From positions 1 to 38,104 of the IMG/VR virus record IMGVR_UViG_3300045988_057057: a stretch of DNA of 38,104 nucleotides; one strand, 5' to 3'. The stretch is from a virus. The notes beneath the pieces were generated by a model. The model saw only the letters and a list, made by a program, of their open reading frames with translations. It made no database searches and had not been told where the DNA came from. Position numbers and translations under genes: made by a program. Each line of letters starts with the position of its first letter. Positions within the stretch are counted from its first letter, which is position 1. Shown here in pieces: positions 37,820 to 38,104 of this stretch.

Positions 37820-37985
37820 GTACACGCTGTGCATAGTCGATGATTAAATCGAGTTCTGCGTCTGACGCTTGGAACACGAGCATTGTTGCACGCTGTCTGA
37901 GCTGCGAAGTCGGAGGGGGCTTATCATGCCCGCCGAGCCTTGGGGTACATATCATTTCAAACGACCTTTCCGCGTGATGCGCCGC

Positions 37986-38104
37986 ATTATCTCTTTAGCA
38001 ATATTTTTATTACCCTATATATATATATATATATATATATTACTGCTGTTGTTATGAAAAAGCAAGGCGAAACTCACATTTCTATGCATTATGACGAACT
38101 GAAT
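37986..38104. repeat. Right copy of the 119-bp exact direct terminal repeat
   Basis: Identical by eye to 1-119. Confidence 0.95.

Larger units (their letters stand above)
1..38104. mobile_element. Complete temperate tailed-phage genome on a circularly closed contig (unit length 37,985 bp)
   Basis: Bases 1-119 equal 37986-38104. Integrase, attP-like tRNA fragment, Cro/CI-type HTH genes, terminase, portal, capsid, tail, lysis, recombination and replication modules fill the window. No flanking host genes are present. Confidence 0.85.

Noticed and set aside
37869-38057. 62-aa + strand ORF running through the (TA)12 tract
   Set aside because: It has no SD. The C-terminus is a translation of the microsatellite (YIYIYIYI) and the terminal overlap, so it is almost certainly non-coding.

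Overview
The window is a complete temperate tailed-phage genome. Bases 1-119 are identical to 37986-38104, so it is a circularly closed or terminally redundant contig with a unit length of 37,985 bp. Protein families suggest a Gram-positive, Clostridia-like host, but that is a low-confidence inference. Coding density is very high and falls into four transcription blocks. (i) A + strand lysogeny block wraps the window ends. It holds an AT-rich island with a membrane-anchored Mrr-type nuclease and an overlapping CI-type HTH gene (36387-37819), a (TA)12 microsatellite, a tyrosine integrase (146-1309) and an attP-like tRNA 3-prime fragment (1337-1364). (ii) A - strand accessory block (1515-5090) includes a glycine-rich protein, a sigma region-4-like HTH and a J-domain protein. 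(iii) A + strand late block (5264-25230) holds an RHH regulator, a Com-like zinc finger, tRNA-Asn, TerL, portal, scaffold, a capsid protein with an Ig-like tail, a holin, a displaced TerS, tail proteins, a lysin and a 1863-aa giant protein. (iv) A - strand early block (35623-25260) holds a Cro-like HTH, a RecT plus PD-(D/E)xK exonuclease module, a replisome organizer, a RuvC-like resolvase, an octapeptide-repeat protein, a Dam methyltransferase, Cys-rich paralogs, an ASCH protein, a sigma factor and a dUTPase. I found no CRISPR array, rRNA, reverse transcriptase or transposase. Three things most deserve follow-up. First, a 763-bp ORF-poor, hairpin-dense gap in the genetic switch (35624-36386) has a strong promoter, repeated GGGATGTG boxes and a 15-bp long-range helix that encloses a mini-ORF with a sequestered ribosome-binding site. 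Second, the AT-rich nuclease plus CI-like pair is a candidate lysogeny-expressed defence or exclusion module. Third, a perfect 9 x 24-bp in-frame tandem repeat sits in an early gene (29945-30160). All functional calls rest on motif recognition by eye; no database search was run.
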